Below the pieces are notes generated by a model. The model did no database searches and was not told where the DNA came from. It saw only the letters and a program-made list of their open reading frames with translations. A stretch of 64,000 nucleotides of DNA from an uncultured Collinsella sp. (GTDB lineage Bacteria > Actinomycetota > Coriobacteriia > Coriobacteriales > Coriobacteriaceae): positions 3,704 through 67,703 of the forward strand of contig CATYLC010000011.1 of assembly GCA_958408685.1 (NCBI GenBank). The letters are read 5' to 3'. Of this stretch, positions 20,022 through 30,544 are shown one piece after another (within the stretch, counting starts at the first letter, position 1; every line of letters begins with the position of its first letter). The position numbers and the translations under genes were made by a program.

Positions 20022-23000
20022 ATGGTCTCTCGTATCTACGTGGAGAAGAAACCCGGGTTCGACGTCGAGGCTCAGCAGCTCAAGGGCGAGCTGACCGAAA
20101 TTCTCGGCATCAAGGGCATCGAGGCCCTGAGGATCATCAACCGCTACGACGTCGAGGGCATCGACGAGGAGCTTTTCCGCTCCTGCGTGCCGACCGTCTT
20201 TAGCGAGCCCCAGGTCGATGTGACCTACGACGAGCTCCCCGCAAGCGATGGCGCCGTCTTTGCCGTCGAATTCCTTCCTGGCCAGTTTGACCAGCGCGCC
20301 GACTCCGCCAGCGAGTGCGTGCAGCTCATCAGCCAGGGCGAGCGCCCCGCCGTGCGCTCCGCCAAGGTCTATATGATCTCGGGCGCTCTGGACGAAGCCG
20401 CCATCGAGGCCATCAAGCACTACGTGGTGAACCCCGTCGAGGCGCGCATCGCCTCGCTCGACCTGCCCGAGACTCTGTACATGGAGACCCCCGAGCCCCA
20501 GCCCGTCGAGGTGCTCGACGGCTTCCGCGAGCTCGATGAGGCCGGCCTTGCCGCCTTTATCGCCGATCGCGGCCTTGCCATGGACGAGGCAGACATCGCC
20601 TTCTGCCAGCAGTACTTCCGCGATGAGGATCGCGACCCCACCATCACCGAAATCCGCGTGATCGACACCTATTGGTCCGATCACTGCCGCCATACCACCT
20701 TCGGCACCGTCCTGGACGACGTGACGATCGACGACGCCGTGGTGCAGCAGGCCTTCGACCGCTACATGGAGATGCGCCACGAACTCGGCCGCGACGCCAA
20801 GCCCGTCTGCCTCATGGACATGGGCACCATCGGCGCTAAGTACCTTAAGAAGACCGGCGTCATGACCGATGTCGATGAGTCCGAGGAAATCAACGCCTGC
20901 ACCGTCAAGGTGAAGGTCGATGTCGACGGCGAGGACCAGGACTGGCTGTTCCTGTTTAAGAACGAGACCCACAACCACCCGACCGAGATCGAGCCCTTCG
21001 GCGGTGCCGCCACCTGCGTGGGCGGCGCCATCCGCGACCCGCTCTCGGGCCGCAGCTACGTGTACCAGGCCATGCGTGTCACCGGCGCCGGCGACCCCAC
21101 CGTCCCCGTGTCCGAGACGCTCGAGGGCAAGCTGCCGCAGCGCAAGCTCGTAACCACCGCTGCCGCCGGCTACTCCAGCTACGGCAACCAGATCGGCCTT
21201 GCCACCGGCCAGGTCAACGAGCTCTATCACCCCGGCTACGTGGCCAAGCGCATGGAGGTCGGCGCCGTCGTGGGCGCTACCCCGGCAAACCACGTGCGCC
21301 GCGAGTGCCCCGCCCCCACCGACAAGATCATCCTGCTGGGCGGCCGCACCGGCCGTGACGGCATCGGCGGTGCCACCGGCTCCTCCAAGACCCAGAACAC
21401 CGAGTCCATCGAGACCTCGGGTGCCGAGGTCCAGAAGGGCAACGCCCCGGTCGAGCGCAAGCTGCAGCGCCTCTTCCGCCGCGGCGACGCCTGCCGCCTG
21501 ATCAAGCGTTGCAACGACTTTGGCGCCGGCGGCGTCTCGGTCGCCGTGGGCGAGCTTGCCGACGGCCTGTATGTCGACCTGGACACCGTGACCAAGAAGT
21601 ACGACGGCCTGGACGGCACCGAGCTCGCCATTTCCGAGTCCCAGGAGCGCATGGCCTGCGCCGTCGCCGACGGTGACGTCGAGGAGTTCATGGGCTACGC
21701 CGCCGAGGAAAACCTGGAGGCGACCGTTATCGCCGAGGTTACCGCCGAGCCGCGCATGCGCATGGCCTGGAACGGTGTCGCCATCGTCGACCTATCCCGC
21801 GAGTTCCTCAACTCCAACGGCGCGCCCAAGCACCAGGTCGCCCACGTGTGCGCCCGCAGCGTGTGGCAGCCCAGCTGGGCCGGCACCACGCTTGCCGAGC
21901 GCATGACCTCGCTTGTCACCGACCTCAACGTTGCCTCCAACAAGGGCCTTTCCGAGCGCTTCGACTCCACCATCGGTGCCGCAACCGTGCTTATGCCTTT
22001 TGGCGGCAAGACGCAGCTCACCCCGAGCTCGGCCATGGTCGCCAAGTTCCCCGTGGACGGCGAGACCACCACGGCAAGCGCCATGGCATGGGGCTTCAAC
22101 CCCTATCTGATGGAGGCCGACCAGTTTGCGGGCGCCTATCTGTCCGTGGTCGAGTCCATCGCCAAACTTGTGGCTGCCGGCTTTGAGCACAAACGCGCCT
22201 ATCTCTCCTTCCAGGAGTACTTCGAGCGTCTGCGCACCGAGGCCGAGCGCTGGGGCAAGCCCACAGCAGCCGTCCTGGGCGCCCTCATGGCCCAAGTCGA
22301 CCTGGGTGCCGGCGCCATCGGCGGCAAGGACTCCATGAGCGGCTCGTTTGAGGACGAGGCCGGCGAGCTCAACGTTCCGCCGACTCTGATCAGCTTCGCT
22401 GTTGCCGTGGGCCGCGCGGCGCGCGCCGTCTCCCCTGAGTTCAAGGGCCTGACGCACCGCGTCGTCCGCATCGCCCCCGCCACCTACGGCGAGGACTACC
22501 GCCCCGACGCCCAGCAGCTGCTCGCCGCGTTTGACGCCGTCGAGGCGCTCACTGCTACCGGCGACGCCCTGGCCGTCTCCACGCCCGGCTACGGCTGTGG
22601 CGCCGAGAGCCTCTTTAAGATGTGCGTCGGCAACCAGATCGGCATCGAGCTTGCCGAGGATGTGGACGTGGAGAGCCTCTTCACCCCGCTCTACGGCAGC
22701 TTTATCGTCGAGCTCGCCGAGGACGCCGAGCTGCCCGAGGTCGCCGACGGCGTTGTCGTCGAGCCCCTGGGTACCACCGTCGAGGGCTATGTCATCGACA
22801 CCGGCTCCGAGGTCATCGAGCTCGCCGAGCTCCAGGAGGCCTGGGAGAGCGGCATCGAGGGCGTCTTCGCCTACCGCAGCGCCGGCGAGACCCCCGAGGT
22901 CGAGACCATCGACTTCCGCGCCAAGGATATCCACGTGTACGGCGGCGCCAAGATCGCCCGCCCGCGCGTGATCATCCCCGTGTTCCCCGGCAACAACTGC

Positions 23001-23768
23001 GAGTACGACAGCGCCCGCGCCTTCCGTGCCGCCGGTGCCGAGGCCGACACCTTCGTGATCAACAACCTCACGCCCGAGGCCGTCGCCGAGAGCACCCACG
23101 AGCTTGCCCGCCGCATCCGTGCAAGCCAGATCGTCATGATCCCCGGCGGCTTCTCGGGCGGCGACGAGCCCGACGGCTCTGCCAAGTTCATCACGGCGTT
23201 CTTCCGTGCTCCCGAGGTCACCGAGGCAGTCCGCGACCTGCTCAAGGCCCGCGACGGCCTGATGCTGGGCATCTGCAACGGCTTCCAGGCTCTGGTCAAG
23301 CTCGGCCTGGTGCCCTACGGTGACATCGTCGACGCCACGCCCGATGCGCCCACGCTGACGTTCAACACCATCGGTCGCCATCAGAGCCGCCTGGTGCGCA
23401 CCCGCATCTCGTCCAACCTGTCCCCATGGCTGTCGCAGTGCAGCCTGGACGACCCCTACACCGTCGCCATCAGCCACGGCGAGGGCCGCTTTGTCGCCAA
23501 TGACGAAGTACTCGCCCAGCTGATCGCCAACGGCCAGGTCGCCACGCAGTACGTGGGCGAGGACGGCAAGCCCAGCATGGATCTTTCCGTCAACCCCAAC
23601 GGCTCCGCACTCGCCATTGAGGGCATCACGAGCCCCGACGGCCGCGTCCTAGGCAAGATGGGCCATGCCGAGCGTCGCGGCGACAACCTGTACCGCAACG
23701 TGCCCGAGCATGTCCCCGGCGACAAGTTCATGCCGATCTTTGAGAGCGGCGTAGCCTACTTCGCTTAA
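20022..23768 (+). CDS. purL: Phosphoribosylformylglycinamidine synthase, single-chain large form
   Basis: WSDHCRH, KNETHNHPT, DFGAGG and SESQERM, plus glutaminase domain PGGFSGGD, GICNGFQ and MGHAER. Confidence 0.96.
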   Translation: MVSRIYVEKKPGFDVEAQQLKGELTEILGIKGIEALRIINRYDVEGIDEELFRSCVPTVFSEPQVDVTYDELPASDGAVFAVEFLPGQFDQRADSASECVQLISQGERPAVRSAKVYMISGALDEAAIEAIKHYVVNPVEARIASLDLPETLYMETPEPQPVEVLDGFRELDEAGLAAFIADRGLAMDEADIAFCQQYFRDEDRDPTITEIRVIDTYWSDHCRHTTFGTVLDDVTIDDAVVQQAFDRYMEMRHELGRDAKPVCLMDMGTIGAKYLKKTGVMTDVDESEEINACTVKVKVDVDGEDQDWLFLFKNETHNHPTEIEPFGGAATCVGGAIRDPLSGRSYVYQAMRVTGAGDPTVPVSETLEGKLPQRKLVTTAAAGYSSYGNQIGLATGQVNELYHPGYVAKRMEVGAVVGATPANHVRRECPAPTDKIILLGGRTGRDGIGGATGSSKTQNTESIETSGAEVQKGNAPVERKLQRLFRRGDACRLIKRCNDFGAGGVSVAVGELADGLYVDLDTVTKKYDGLDGTELAISESQERMACAVADGDVEEFMGYAAEENLEATVIAEVTAEPRMRMAWNGVAIVDLSREFLNSNGAPKHQVAHVCARSVWQPSWAGTTLAERMTSLVTDLNVASNKGLSERFDSTIGAATVLMPFGGKTQLTPSSAMVAKFPVDGETTTASAMAWGFNPYLMEADQFAGAYLSVVESIAKLVAAGFEHKRAYLSFQEYFERLRTEAERWGKPTAAVLGALMAQVDLGAGAIGGKDSMSGSFEDEAGELNVPPTLISFAVAVGRAARAVSPEFKGLTHRVVRIAPATYGEDYRPDAQQLLAAFDAVEALTATGDALAVSTPGYGCGAESLFKMCVGNQIGIELAEDVDVESLFTPLYGSFIVELAEDAELPEVADGVVVEPLGTTVEGYVIDTGSEVIELAELQEAWESGIEGVFAYRSAGETPEVETIDFRAKDIHVYGGAKIARPRVIIPVFPGNNCEYDSARAFRAAGAEADTFVINNLTPEAVAESTHELARRIRASQIVMIPGGFSGGDEPDGSAKFITAFFRAPEVTEAVRDLLKARDGLMLGICNGFQALVKLGLVPYGDIVDATPDAPTLTFNTIGRHQSRLVRTRISSNLSPWLSQCSLDDPYTVAISHGEGRFVANDEVLAQLIANGQVATQYVGEDGKPSMDLSVNPNGSALAIEGITSPDGRVLGKMGHAERRGDNLYRNVPEHVPGDKFMPIFESGVAYFA

Positions 23769-23805
23769 TACGTTCCCATCGGGTACAATCCCCTCGGGTA
23801 ACAAC

Positions 23806-23842
23806 ACCCGCCACCGACGCATCCGGTGGCGGGTTCTTTTTT
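23806..23842 (+). terminator. Rho-independent terminator after purL
   Basis: ACCCGCCACCG-loop-CGGTGGCGGGT-TCTTTTTT. Confidence 0.85.
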
Positions 23843-23867
23843 GCTTCGCGCATGTAGAAAGGACATC

Positions 23868-24803
23868 ATGAAAAGCCGCAAGCCGTATCTCGCCACCCTG
23901 CCCGGACTCATCCTGGGCTGTCTCGTTTGCTGCGCGCTCTGGGGCTCTGCCTTCCCCTGCATCAAGATCGGCTACGGCCTCTTTGGCATTCCCGCGCACG
24001 ACAGCGCCTCGCAGCTGCTCTTCGCGGGTCTGCGCTTCACCCTTGCCGGCATGCTGGTCATTGTTGGCATGAGCGTGGCCCAGCGCCGACCGCTCGTTCC
24101 GCAAGCGCGTGATATCAAGCCCATCTGCATCTTGTCGCTCTTCCAGACCATCGGCCAGTACTTCTTTTTCTACCTTGGTCTCTCCCGTGCAAGCGCTATG
24201 TCAAGCTCCATCATCGAGGCCAGCGCCAACTTCTTGGCTATCCTCTTTGCCGTCCTGGCGTTTCGCACCGAAAAGCTCGATGCGGCCAAGGTGCTCGGCT
24301 GCGTACTGGGCTTTGCCGGCGTCGCGCTCGTCAACCTTTCGGGCGCGGACGGCACCTTTGGCTTTACGCTCGACGGCGAGGGCTTCATCCTGGCCTCCAC
24401 CGTCGCGGGCGCCCTTTCGACCTGCCTGATCGGCATCTTCTCGCGCGAGCACGACGGCGTCTTGCTTGCCGGGTGGCAGTTCTTGGTCGGCGGCCTGGTC
24501 CTCACCGCCATCGGCTTTATGATGGGTGGCGCGCTCTCCCCCACGGCGATTGCCCCCGCCATCGCGCTCATCATCTACATGGCGCTTATCTCCGCGGTCG
24601 CCTACTCGCTGTGGTCGCGCCTGCTTGCCGTCAACCCCGTCAGCCGCGTCTCGGTCTTTGGGTTTATGAACCCCGTCTTTGGTGTGCTGCTGAGCGCGCT
24701 GCTGCTCGGCGAGGGTGCTGGCACGAGCCCCGTTACCGTCATCGTTGCCCTGCTGTTGGTCTGCAGCGGCATCATCATCGTCAACAAACCCAAAAAAGCT
24801 TAA
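23868..24803 (+). CDS. DMT/EamA family transporter
   Basis: LWGSAFPCIK, RFTLAG and FMNPVFG motifs; 10 TM; GAAAGGA RBS. Confidence 0.88.
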   Translation: MKSRKPYLATLPGLILGCLVCCALWGSAFPCIKIGYGLFGIPAHDSASQLLFAGLRFTLAGMLVIVGMSVAQRRPLVPQARDIKPICILSLFQTIGQYFFFYLGLSRASAMSSSIIEASANFLAILFAVLAFRTEKLDAAKVLGCVLGFAGVALVNLSGADGTFGFTLDGEGFILASTVAGALSTCLIGIFSREHDGVLLAGWQFLVGGLVLTAIGFMMGGALSPTAIAPAIALIIYMALISAVAYSLWSRLLAVNPVSRVSVFGFMNPVFGVLLSALLLGEGAGTSPVTVIVALLLVCSGIIIVNKPKKA

Positions 24804-24904
24804 CGAACTGCCCTTATTTAGCAGAGGGGATTCATGTACTTTAGCTTAATGGAGTACATCGGTGAGCTGAGGACCGCCACGCACGCAAGCGTGCACCCCT
24901 TTTC

Positions 24905-26047
24905 CTAGCGTATCTGGACGCCGGCTTTCTTTTTCTCGGCCTTGACGCGGTAGAGCTCCGCATCGGCAGCGCGAAGTAAGTCTTGCCAGGTATCAACACT
25001 ATCGCCGACCCGCGCGTAACCGATGGACATCCGCAATGCATGCGGCACCTCGGCACGAGCGAGCTCGTCGTTAATCGCCGAACACAGGTCTATGATGTCC
25101 TGTTCCGCCGTCGCCTTTTGAAGCACCACGAACTCATCGCCACCATAGCGTGCGATAAAACCACCAGACGCCGAGCAGACCTCTTTGAGCGTAGCAGATA
25201 TGACCTGGAGGGCATGATCGCCCTCAACATGTCCATACCGGTCGTTAATTTGCTTAAAGCCGTCGGCATCCATCATAAGCAGATACACATCATCGGCCTG
25301 GTCAGCACCCGAGAACAGCGACAGCATATAGGTCTCAAAACGGTTGCGATTGTTAAGGCCAGTCAACGGGTCGGTCGAGATCAGCTGCTCCTGACAAACA
25401 ATGTAGAGCTGCAACATACTTAACATGATGCCGACACTAAGGCAGGGACCCGAATAAAAGACCTGAAAGACACCGGCCACCAAGGCCGGAATGGCGAAAA
25501 ATGCCAAGGTTTGATAGATGGCCTTCTTTTGTAGGCTCTCGACCTTGCAAGATTGTATAAACGCATGCAGGGACGTATATATAACGTAGCAGTAGCTGAC
25601 GATGGGCTGGATCATATAGACAAAACCGCGACGATACGCGCCCTGCGCATCGATATAGAACAGGGCGTGCGTCCAGTAGCTAGTAAACGCCAGTACGACT
25701 ACCAGCACCGCAGGCAGCGTTACAAACGCCATCCTATAGCGCGCGGTCAAAAGGCGAGAACCCTGCACCGTCTCGGAATAGATAAACCAAATGAGGCACG
25801 CGGCGGCAAAGAGCGAAAACGAAACCGCGTTGGAAATCCAGTTGGCAGCAATGCCCAGCGTGCCGCCCACACCGTCCGAAAGCGTCCAGATTATATCGAA
25901 TAGCATGTACGCGGCAGAGGTGTAACCGAGCGTACTAAACAATAACTGCTGGGTACTCGAGAACAAGGAGTGGCGACTTCGCGCGGCAAGCCCGATAAGA
26001 ACAATCATGCATAGCAGGAATATCTCAATCTTGAGTGCCTTAACCAC
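24905..26047 (-). CDS. Membrane-anchored GGDEF diguanylate cyclase
   Basis: About 6-7 N-terminal TM helices; DPLTGLNNR, FKQINDRYGH and intact RYGGDEF; start uncertain (GTG at 26047). Confidence 0.88.
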   Translation of the reverse strand: MVKALKIEIFLLCMIVLIGLAARSRHSLFSSTQQLLFSTLGYTSAAYMLFDIIWTLSDGVGGTLGIAANWISNAVSFSLFAAACLIWFIYSETVQGSRLLTARYRMAFVTLPAVLVVVLAFTSYWTHALFYIDAQGAYRRGFVYMIQPIVSYCYVIYTSLHAFIQSCKVESLQKKAIYQTLAFFAIPALVAGVFQVFYSGPCLSVGIMLSMLQLYIVCQEQLISTDPLTGLNNRNRFETYMLSLFSGADQADDVYLLMMDADGFKQINDRYGHVEGDHALQVISATLKEVCSASGGFIARYGGDEFVVLQKATAEQDIIDLCSAINDELARAEVPHALRMSIGYARVGDSVDTWQDLLRAADAELYRVKAEKKKAGVQIR

Positions 26048-26233
26048 TAGACGCCATCCCTTCAATATCCAAGTGGTCAGAATCGCCCGATTCGTGTCTG
26101 GCAATAAACACCCCTACTCCGCAGGGGTAAGGGGAATAATAGCAGAGCGCCCGAACGTCACTGCAAGACAGCTTTCGTTCGGGCGCTCAAACGGCGCGAA
26201 TTGCACGCCGGCTTGATTGACTCGCGTCGACGA

Positions 26234-27256
26234 TTACTCGCCATCGATGTCGGTCGCGACGGCCTCCTCGATGGCCTCGACACCGGCAGGCGACAGATCC
26301 TCTTTGCCGTGGCAGAACTTCTTATCGACCCAGCCGGTCAGAATCGGAGCCATGATTGCCGTGATGATGACGGCAGTGGCGATCTGCGCATACGCAGTGG
26401 GCGCAAGCTCGGCATAGCGCGGGGCGACCTCGGCGAGGGCGACCGGCGTGGTCATAGCCGTGCCGGCGATAGTGGAGCAGGCAACGGCCGCCTTGCCGTT
26501 ACCACCGCACAGGCGCTCGAACGCAAAGGTAATGGGACCGACGATAAAGAGCGTGATGAGGCCCAGCAGGATGCCCGAAATACCGCCGGTGATAAAGCTC
26601 GAAAGGCTCATGGACGCACCGAGCTGAAAGCCGATAACGGCGATCGCGGGATTGGCGCCGGGGACCAGCAGATTCTTGATAAACGGGAACAAGTTGCCCA
26701 GGACCATGCCGATAACAAGCGGCAGGATGGATCCGATGATGGTGCCGACGGGGATGTTGGCGAGACCCGAGACACCGAGGATGATCATCGTGACGGCGGG
26801 GCCGGCCGTAAAGAACAGGATACCGACAGCGCCCTGCTCGGACTCATCGCCGAACTCGCCCATGATGCCCGTATAGAGCGCCATGTTGCAAAACGTTATG
26901 CCGCCGATGATAGACACGGAGCTCAGGCCCAGGAAGTTATCGTTAAAGAAGTACGCGACGCCCAGACCCAGCGCGGCTGCCACTACAAGCTTAGGAATCA
27001 GCACGACGATGCCGGTCTTGATGGCGCCCGGCGTGGACTTAAAGCTGATGCCGGCGCCCACGAACAGCAAGATCGCGGCAACGATGGTGTTGGAGCCGCC
27101 GCGGCAGGCAGCCGTAAAGAAGCCGCCGACCTCAAAGACCTGCGGGCAGAAGGTATTGAGCAAAAGGCCGACGATCATCGGATAGATCATGATGTCGCCC
27201 GGGATGCGCGGTACCTTGAATTTCTTTTGCTCGCTGGCGGTCGCTTCCTGTGCCAT
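26234..27256 (-). CDS. kdgT: 2-keto-3-deoxygluconate permease family protein
   Basis: RIPGDIMIYP, LLNTFCP, GMVLGNL, FQLGA and QIATAVI features typical of KdgT. Confidence 0.8.
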   Translation of the reverse strand: MAQEATASEQKKFKVPRIPGDIMIYPMIVGLLLNTFCPQVFEVGGFFTAACRGGSNTIVAAILLFVGAGISFKSTPGAIKTGIVVLIPKLVVAAALGLGVAYFFNDNFLGLSSVSIIGGITFCNMALYTGIMGEFGDESEQGAVGILFFTAGPAVTMIILGVSGLANIPVGTIIGSILPLVIGMVLGNLFPFIKNLLVPGANPAIAVIGFQLGASMSLSSFITGGISGILLGLITLFIVGPITFAFERLCGGNGKAAVACSTIAGTAMTTPVALAEVAPRYAELAPTAYAQIATAVIITAIMAPILTGWVDKKFCHGKEDLSPAGVEAIEEAVATDIDGE

Positions 27257-27397
27257 GAAACCCCCATTTCCGCTGACGCAGAACAAAAGCCCACGTCACG
27301 CTTTGCTACAGTAAAGTTTGACCATGGTACCAGAAGAAGCAGACCGCCTCGGTGAGAAATTCGATTCGTTAGGCCGGGACGATAACGCGTCCTGCTC

Positions 27398-27721
27398 CTA
27401 TACGAGGCTCAAAACGATATAGAACACGATGCCCGAAACGCAGCACCACAACATCGACTTTGTCTTGATTGCCACCGCCACGACGCCGGTGGCCGCAATC
27501 CAGGGAACCAAGGCAGGCCAGAGTCCCGCGTCGAACGCGCCGGGGTTCACCAAGTCGTTGGCGACCAGCGCGGCAAAGGCAGCGGGCGGGATATAGCCCA
27601 GGGCCTCGGTAATGCGGGGCGACAGGGTCCGCCCGCGCAAGGCGAACGCCGGCGCGATGCGAAAGAACGCGATAGCAGCCCACGACGACAGCCACAGAAC
27701 CAAGAACTCGTTAGCGGGCAT
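27398..27721 (-). CDS. azlD: AzlD-like branched-chain amino acid exporter small subunit
   Basis: LGYIPPAAFAALV motif; overlaps the azlC stop. Confidence 0.78.
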   Translation of the reverse strand: MPANEFLVLWLSSWAAIAFFRIAPAFALRGRTLSPRITEALGYIPPAAFAALVANDLVNPGAFDAGLWPALVPWIAATGVVAVAIKTKSMLWCCVSGIVFYIVLSLV

Positions 27722-28403
27722 CGCGGGCACCTCTTCCGTCAAATACAGTATCGCACGCCAGCGCAATGGCAATGCCGACCACGACGCTTGCCGGCACGGC
27801 AATATTCGCGAGGCCCAAGAACTTGCATACGGCGACGGACACCGCGCCCGAAACCGCCGCGACAACGTTACCGCGCGACAACCGCTGCGAAAAGAGCAGG
27901 CAGATAAAGAGCGAGGTGCAGACAAAGGCTGCAATGGCGGTGGGAACATCGACAACGGCGCCGACGATGGCGCCCATCGTACACGAAACGCCCCATGTTG
28001 CGATGAGGATCACGTTGAGCACAAAGGACTCGCGCGGGCCCCAATCCTCCCCTTCAACCAACTTGGCAAGCGAGATGCCATATGCCTCCTCGGTAAGTGT
28101 CGCGGCAACAGCCAGCGTCTGACGCTTCGAGGCACCCCTCAGATGCGGTGCGATCGATGCCGAGTAAAGCGCAAAACGCGAGGAGATGGCGGCAACGCTC
28201 GCGACGATCGATGCTGCAGGCACACCCGCCAGCCACAGGTTGCAGATCATAAACTGGCCGCTGCCCGTCACAAACGTACTGCTTAGAGCAAAGACCATCC
28301 AGGGCTCCATTCCCGTCTGCCCCATGATCATTCCGCACGGCGCGCCTATTGCCACATAGGTAAGCATCACTGGCCAGACGGTTCTAACGATTTTGAGCAC
28401 CAT
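27711..28403 (-). CDS. azlC: AzlC-like branched-chain amino acid exporter
   Basis: GSGQF, RFALYS and LTEEAYG motifs; multi-TM. Confidence 0.8.
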   Translation of the reverse strand: MVLKIVRTVWPVMLTYVAIGAPCGMIMGQTGMEPWMVFALSSTFVTGSGQFMICNLWLAGVPAASIVASVAAISSRFALYSASIAPHLRGASKRQTLAVAATLTEEAYGISLAKLVEGEDWGPRESFVLNVILIATWGVSCTMGAIVGAVVDVPTAIAAFVCTSLFICLLFSQRLSRGNVVAAVSGAVSVAVCKFLGLANIAVPASVVVGIAIALACDTVFDGRGARDAR

Positions 28404-28529
28404 ACGTTTCTCATCCTGACAAGGTCTCCGAGCCGCATGTAGCGACACGGCAGAATCATCATCCGGCAGCAACCGAGTTCACCTACAATTGCCACCGGAT
28501 CGAAAGACACAACTTTTTAGGAAGTCATT

Positions 28530-29342
28530 ATGACAGTTATCGATCGAGACCGGGCGCGCGCGGCCTTCAAAAGCTACACCGATGCCTACGACGCCACCAA
28601 CCCACGCATCGCGCTCAAAATCGAGCATACGTACCACGTGGCCGAGGCATGCGATGCCGTAGCGCGCGAGCAGGGCTGGTCGTCAGAAGATATTGACCTG
28701 GCATGGCTTTGCGGCCTGCTACACGATATGGGCCGCTTTGAGCAGCTGCGACGCTGGGACACCTTTAAGGACGCCGAGAGCATGAGCCATGCGGCGCTGG
28801 GCATCGAGGTCCTCTTTGGCGAGAATCCCGCCGATGCACCCGCCGTAACGAGCATCCGCGACTTTATCGATGACCCGGCAGAAGATGGGCTCATCCGAGC
28901 GAGCATTGCCTATCACAGCGATTTCCGCCTACCCGCGCAGCTCGACGTGCGCACGCGGAGCTTCTGCGATATCGTGCGCGATGGTGACAAGATCGACATT
29001 ATGCGCACCATCGCCGACAGCACCGTCGACACTATCCTCAAGGTGGACGAGAAGACGTTTCTCGGCAGCCGTTTCTCGTCGCCGACACTTGCCGCCTTTG
29101 ACGAGCACCGCTGCGTCGCACGCGATGAGCGCGATGAGCCCGCCGACTTCTTGGTGGGGCTTATCTGCTTTATGTTTGAGCTCGTCTATCCAGCAAGCCG
29201 CGCGCTGGCGCGCGAACAGGGCGATATCCACCGCCTGCTCGACGCGCCCTTTGGCATTACGCGGCCCTTTACCGACCCCGCCACGCAGGCAACTTGGAGC
29301 CGCCTAAAGGACGAGATGCGCGACTGGCTGGCGCGCGCCTAG
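28530..29342 (+). CDS. HD-domain phosphohydrolase
   Basis: KIEHTYHV, GLLHDMGRFEQ, YHS and VRDGDKIDI motifs. Confidence 0.85.
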   Translation: MTVIDRDRARAAFKSYTDAYDATNPRIALKIEHTYHVAEACDAVAREQGWSSEDIDLAWLCGLLHDMGRFEQLRRWDTFKDAESMSHAALGIEVLFGENPADAPAVTSIRDFIDDPAEDGLIRASIAYHSDFRLPAQLDVRTRSFCDIVRDGDKIDIMRTIADSTVDTILKVDEKTFLGSRFSSPTLAAFDEHRCVARDERDEPADFLVGLICFMFELVYPASRALAREQGDIHRLLDAPFGITRPFTDPATQATWSRLKDEMRDWLARA

Positions 29343-30544
29343 CGCTCAAGCTGGGCCAGCAGCTCCTCGACGACCTCGACGGCATCACCGACAACCTTGT
29401 ACTGGGCAGCACCAAAAATGGGGGCATCCGGGTCCTCGTTGATGGCGATGATGCACTCCGTCCCACCGATGCCGGCAAGATGTTGGATGGCGCCCGAAAC
29501 ACCGATACTCACGAGAAGCCTGGGCGAAACCGATACGCCCGTCTGGCCAATCTGGTGGCGATTCTCCAGCCAACCCGCCTCCACGACGGGACGCGTGCAA
29601 CCAAGCTCGGCACCCAGGGCATCGGCGAGCCTTCGCATCAGCGGCAGGTTTTTCTTGGAACCAATGCCGCGACCCACCACGACAAGGCGCTCGGCATCGG
29701 CAATCGAAGCCTGCTGCCCCCACTCCTCGGCGGGAATCGAGATCTCGACACGGGCCTTAACGTCTTCCGCAAGCATCACCTGGGTGATCGCGCCGGAACG
29801 GCCGTAGTCGAAGTCGGGCGCCTTAAAGATGCCGGGACGAACCGTTGCCATCTGCGGACGGTGGTTGGGGCAAATGATGGTGGCCATCAAGTTGCCGCCA
29901 AACGCCGGGCGCGTCTGCTGCAGTAGGCCCGACTCCGCATCCATCGAAAGCACGGTGCAGTCGGCCGTAAGACCCGTCTGCAAACGCACGGCAACGCCAG
30001 GTGCCAGTTCGCGACCAAAAGCGGTCGCACCATATAGGATGGCCTCGGGTTTGCGTTCGGCTACCAAATCGCAGATCAAGCGGGCGTAGACCTCCGCATC
30101 GTTTTGGCGCAGACGCTCGTCGCGACAGGCCAGGACTTCGTCGGCGCCCGCGCAAACCAGATGCTCCAGGTCCCCAAGCGAGCCCTCGGGGCTTATGCCG
30201 ACCAGTGCCACCAGACGGCAGCCGCGAGCATCGGCAAGCTCGCGCCCCTTGCCCATGAGCTCGTAGGCCACGGGAGCCACGGCATCGTGCTCGTCAGTCT
30301 GCACGAAGACCCAAATGTCTCGATATGCATCAAGGTCCACCGTACCAGCGGCCTCGTCACGCTCGATCGAGATAGCGTTGACGGGGCAGGCGTCGACGCA
30401 CCCACCGCATAGGATGCAGCCGTCGGTTACGCGGGCGCATCGGCTGGGTCGCTCGCCTTCCACTACGATGCCGCCCGAGGCACAGGCGCGAACGCAGCGA
30501 CCGCAGCCGATACAGGCTTCGCTATCGATAATCAGTCCGCCCAT
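29339..30544 (-). CDS. etfA: Electron transfer flavoprotein alpha subunit with N-terminal 2x[4Fe-4S] ferredoxin
   Basis: CIGCGRCVRAC and CILCGGCVDACP; GLTADCT, RPAFGGN, QIGQTG, GVSGAIQH and AINED motifs. Confidence 0.92.
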   Translation of the reverse strand: MGGLIIDSEACIGCGRCVRACASGGIVVEGERPSRCARVTDGCILCGGCVDACPVNAISIERDEAAGTVDLDAYRDIWVFVQTDEHDAVAPVAYELMGKGRELADARGCRLVALVGISPEGSLGDLEHLVCAGADEVLACRDERLRQNDAEVYARLICDLVAERKPEAILYGATAFGRELAPGVAVRLQTGLTADCTVLSMDAESGLLQQTRPAFGGNLMATIICPNHRPQMATVRPGIFKAPDFDYGRSGAITQVMLAEDVKARVEISIPAEEWGQQASIADAERLVVVGRGIGSKKNLPLMRRLADALGAELGCTRPVVEAGWLENRHQIGQTGVSVSPRLLVSIGVSGAIQHLAGIGGTECIIAINEDPDAPIFGAAQYKVVGDAVEVVEELLAQLER

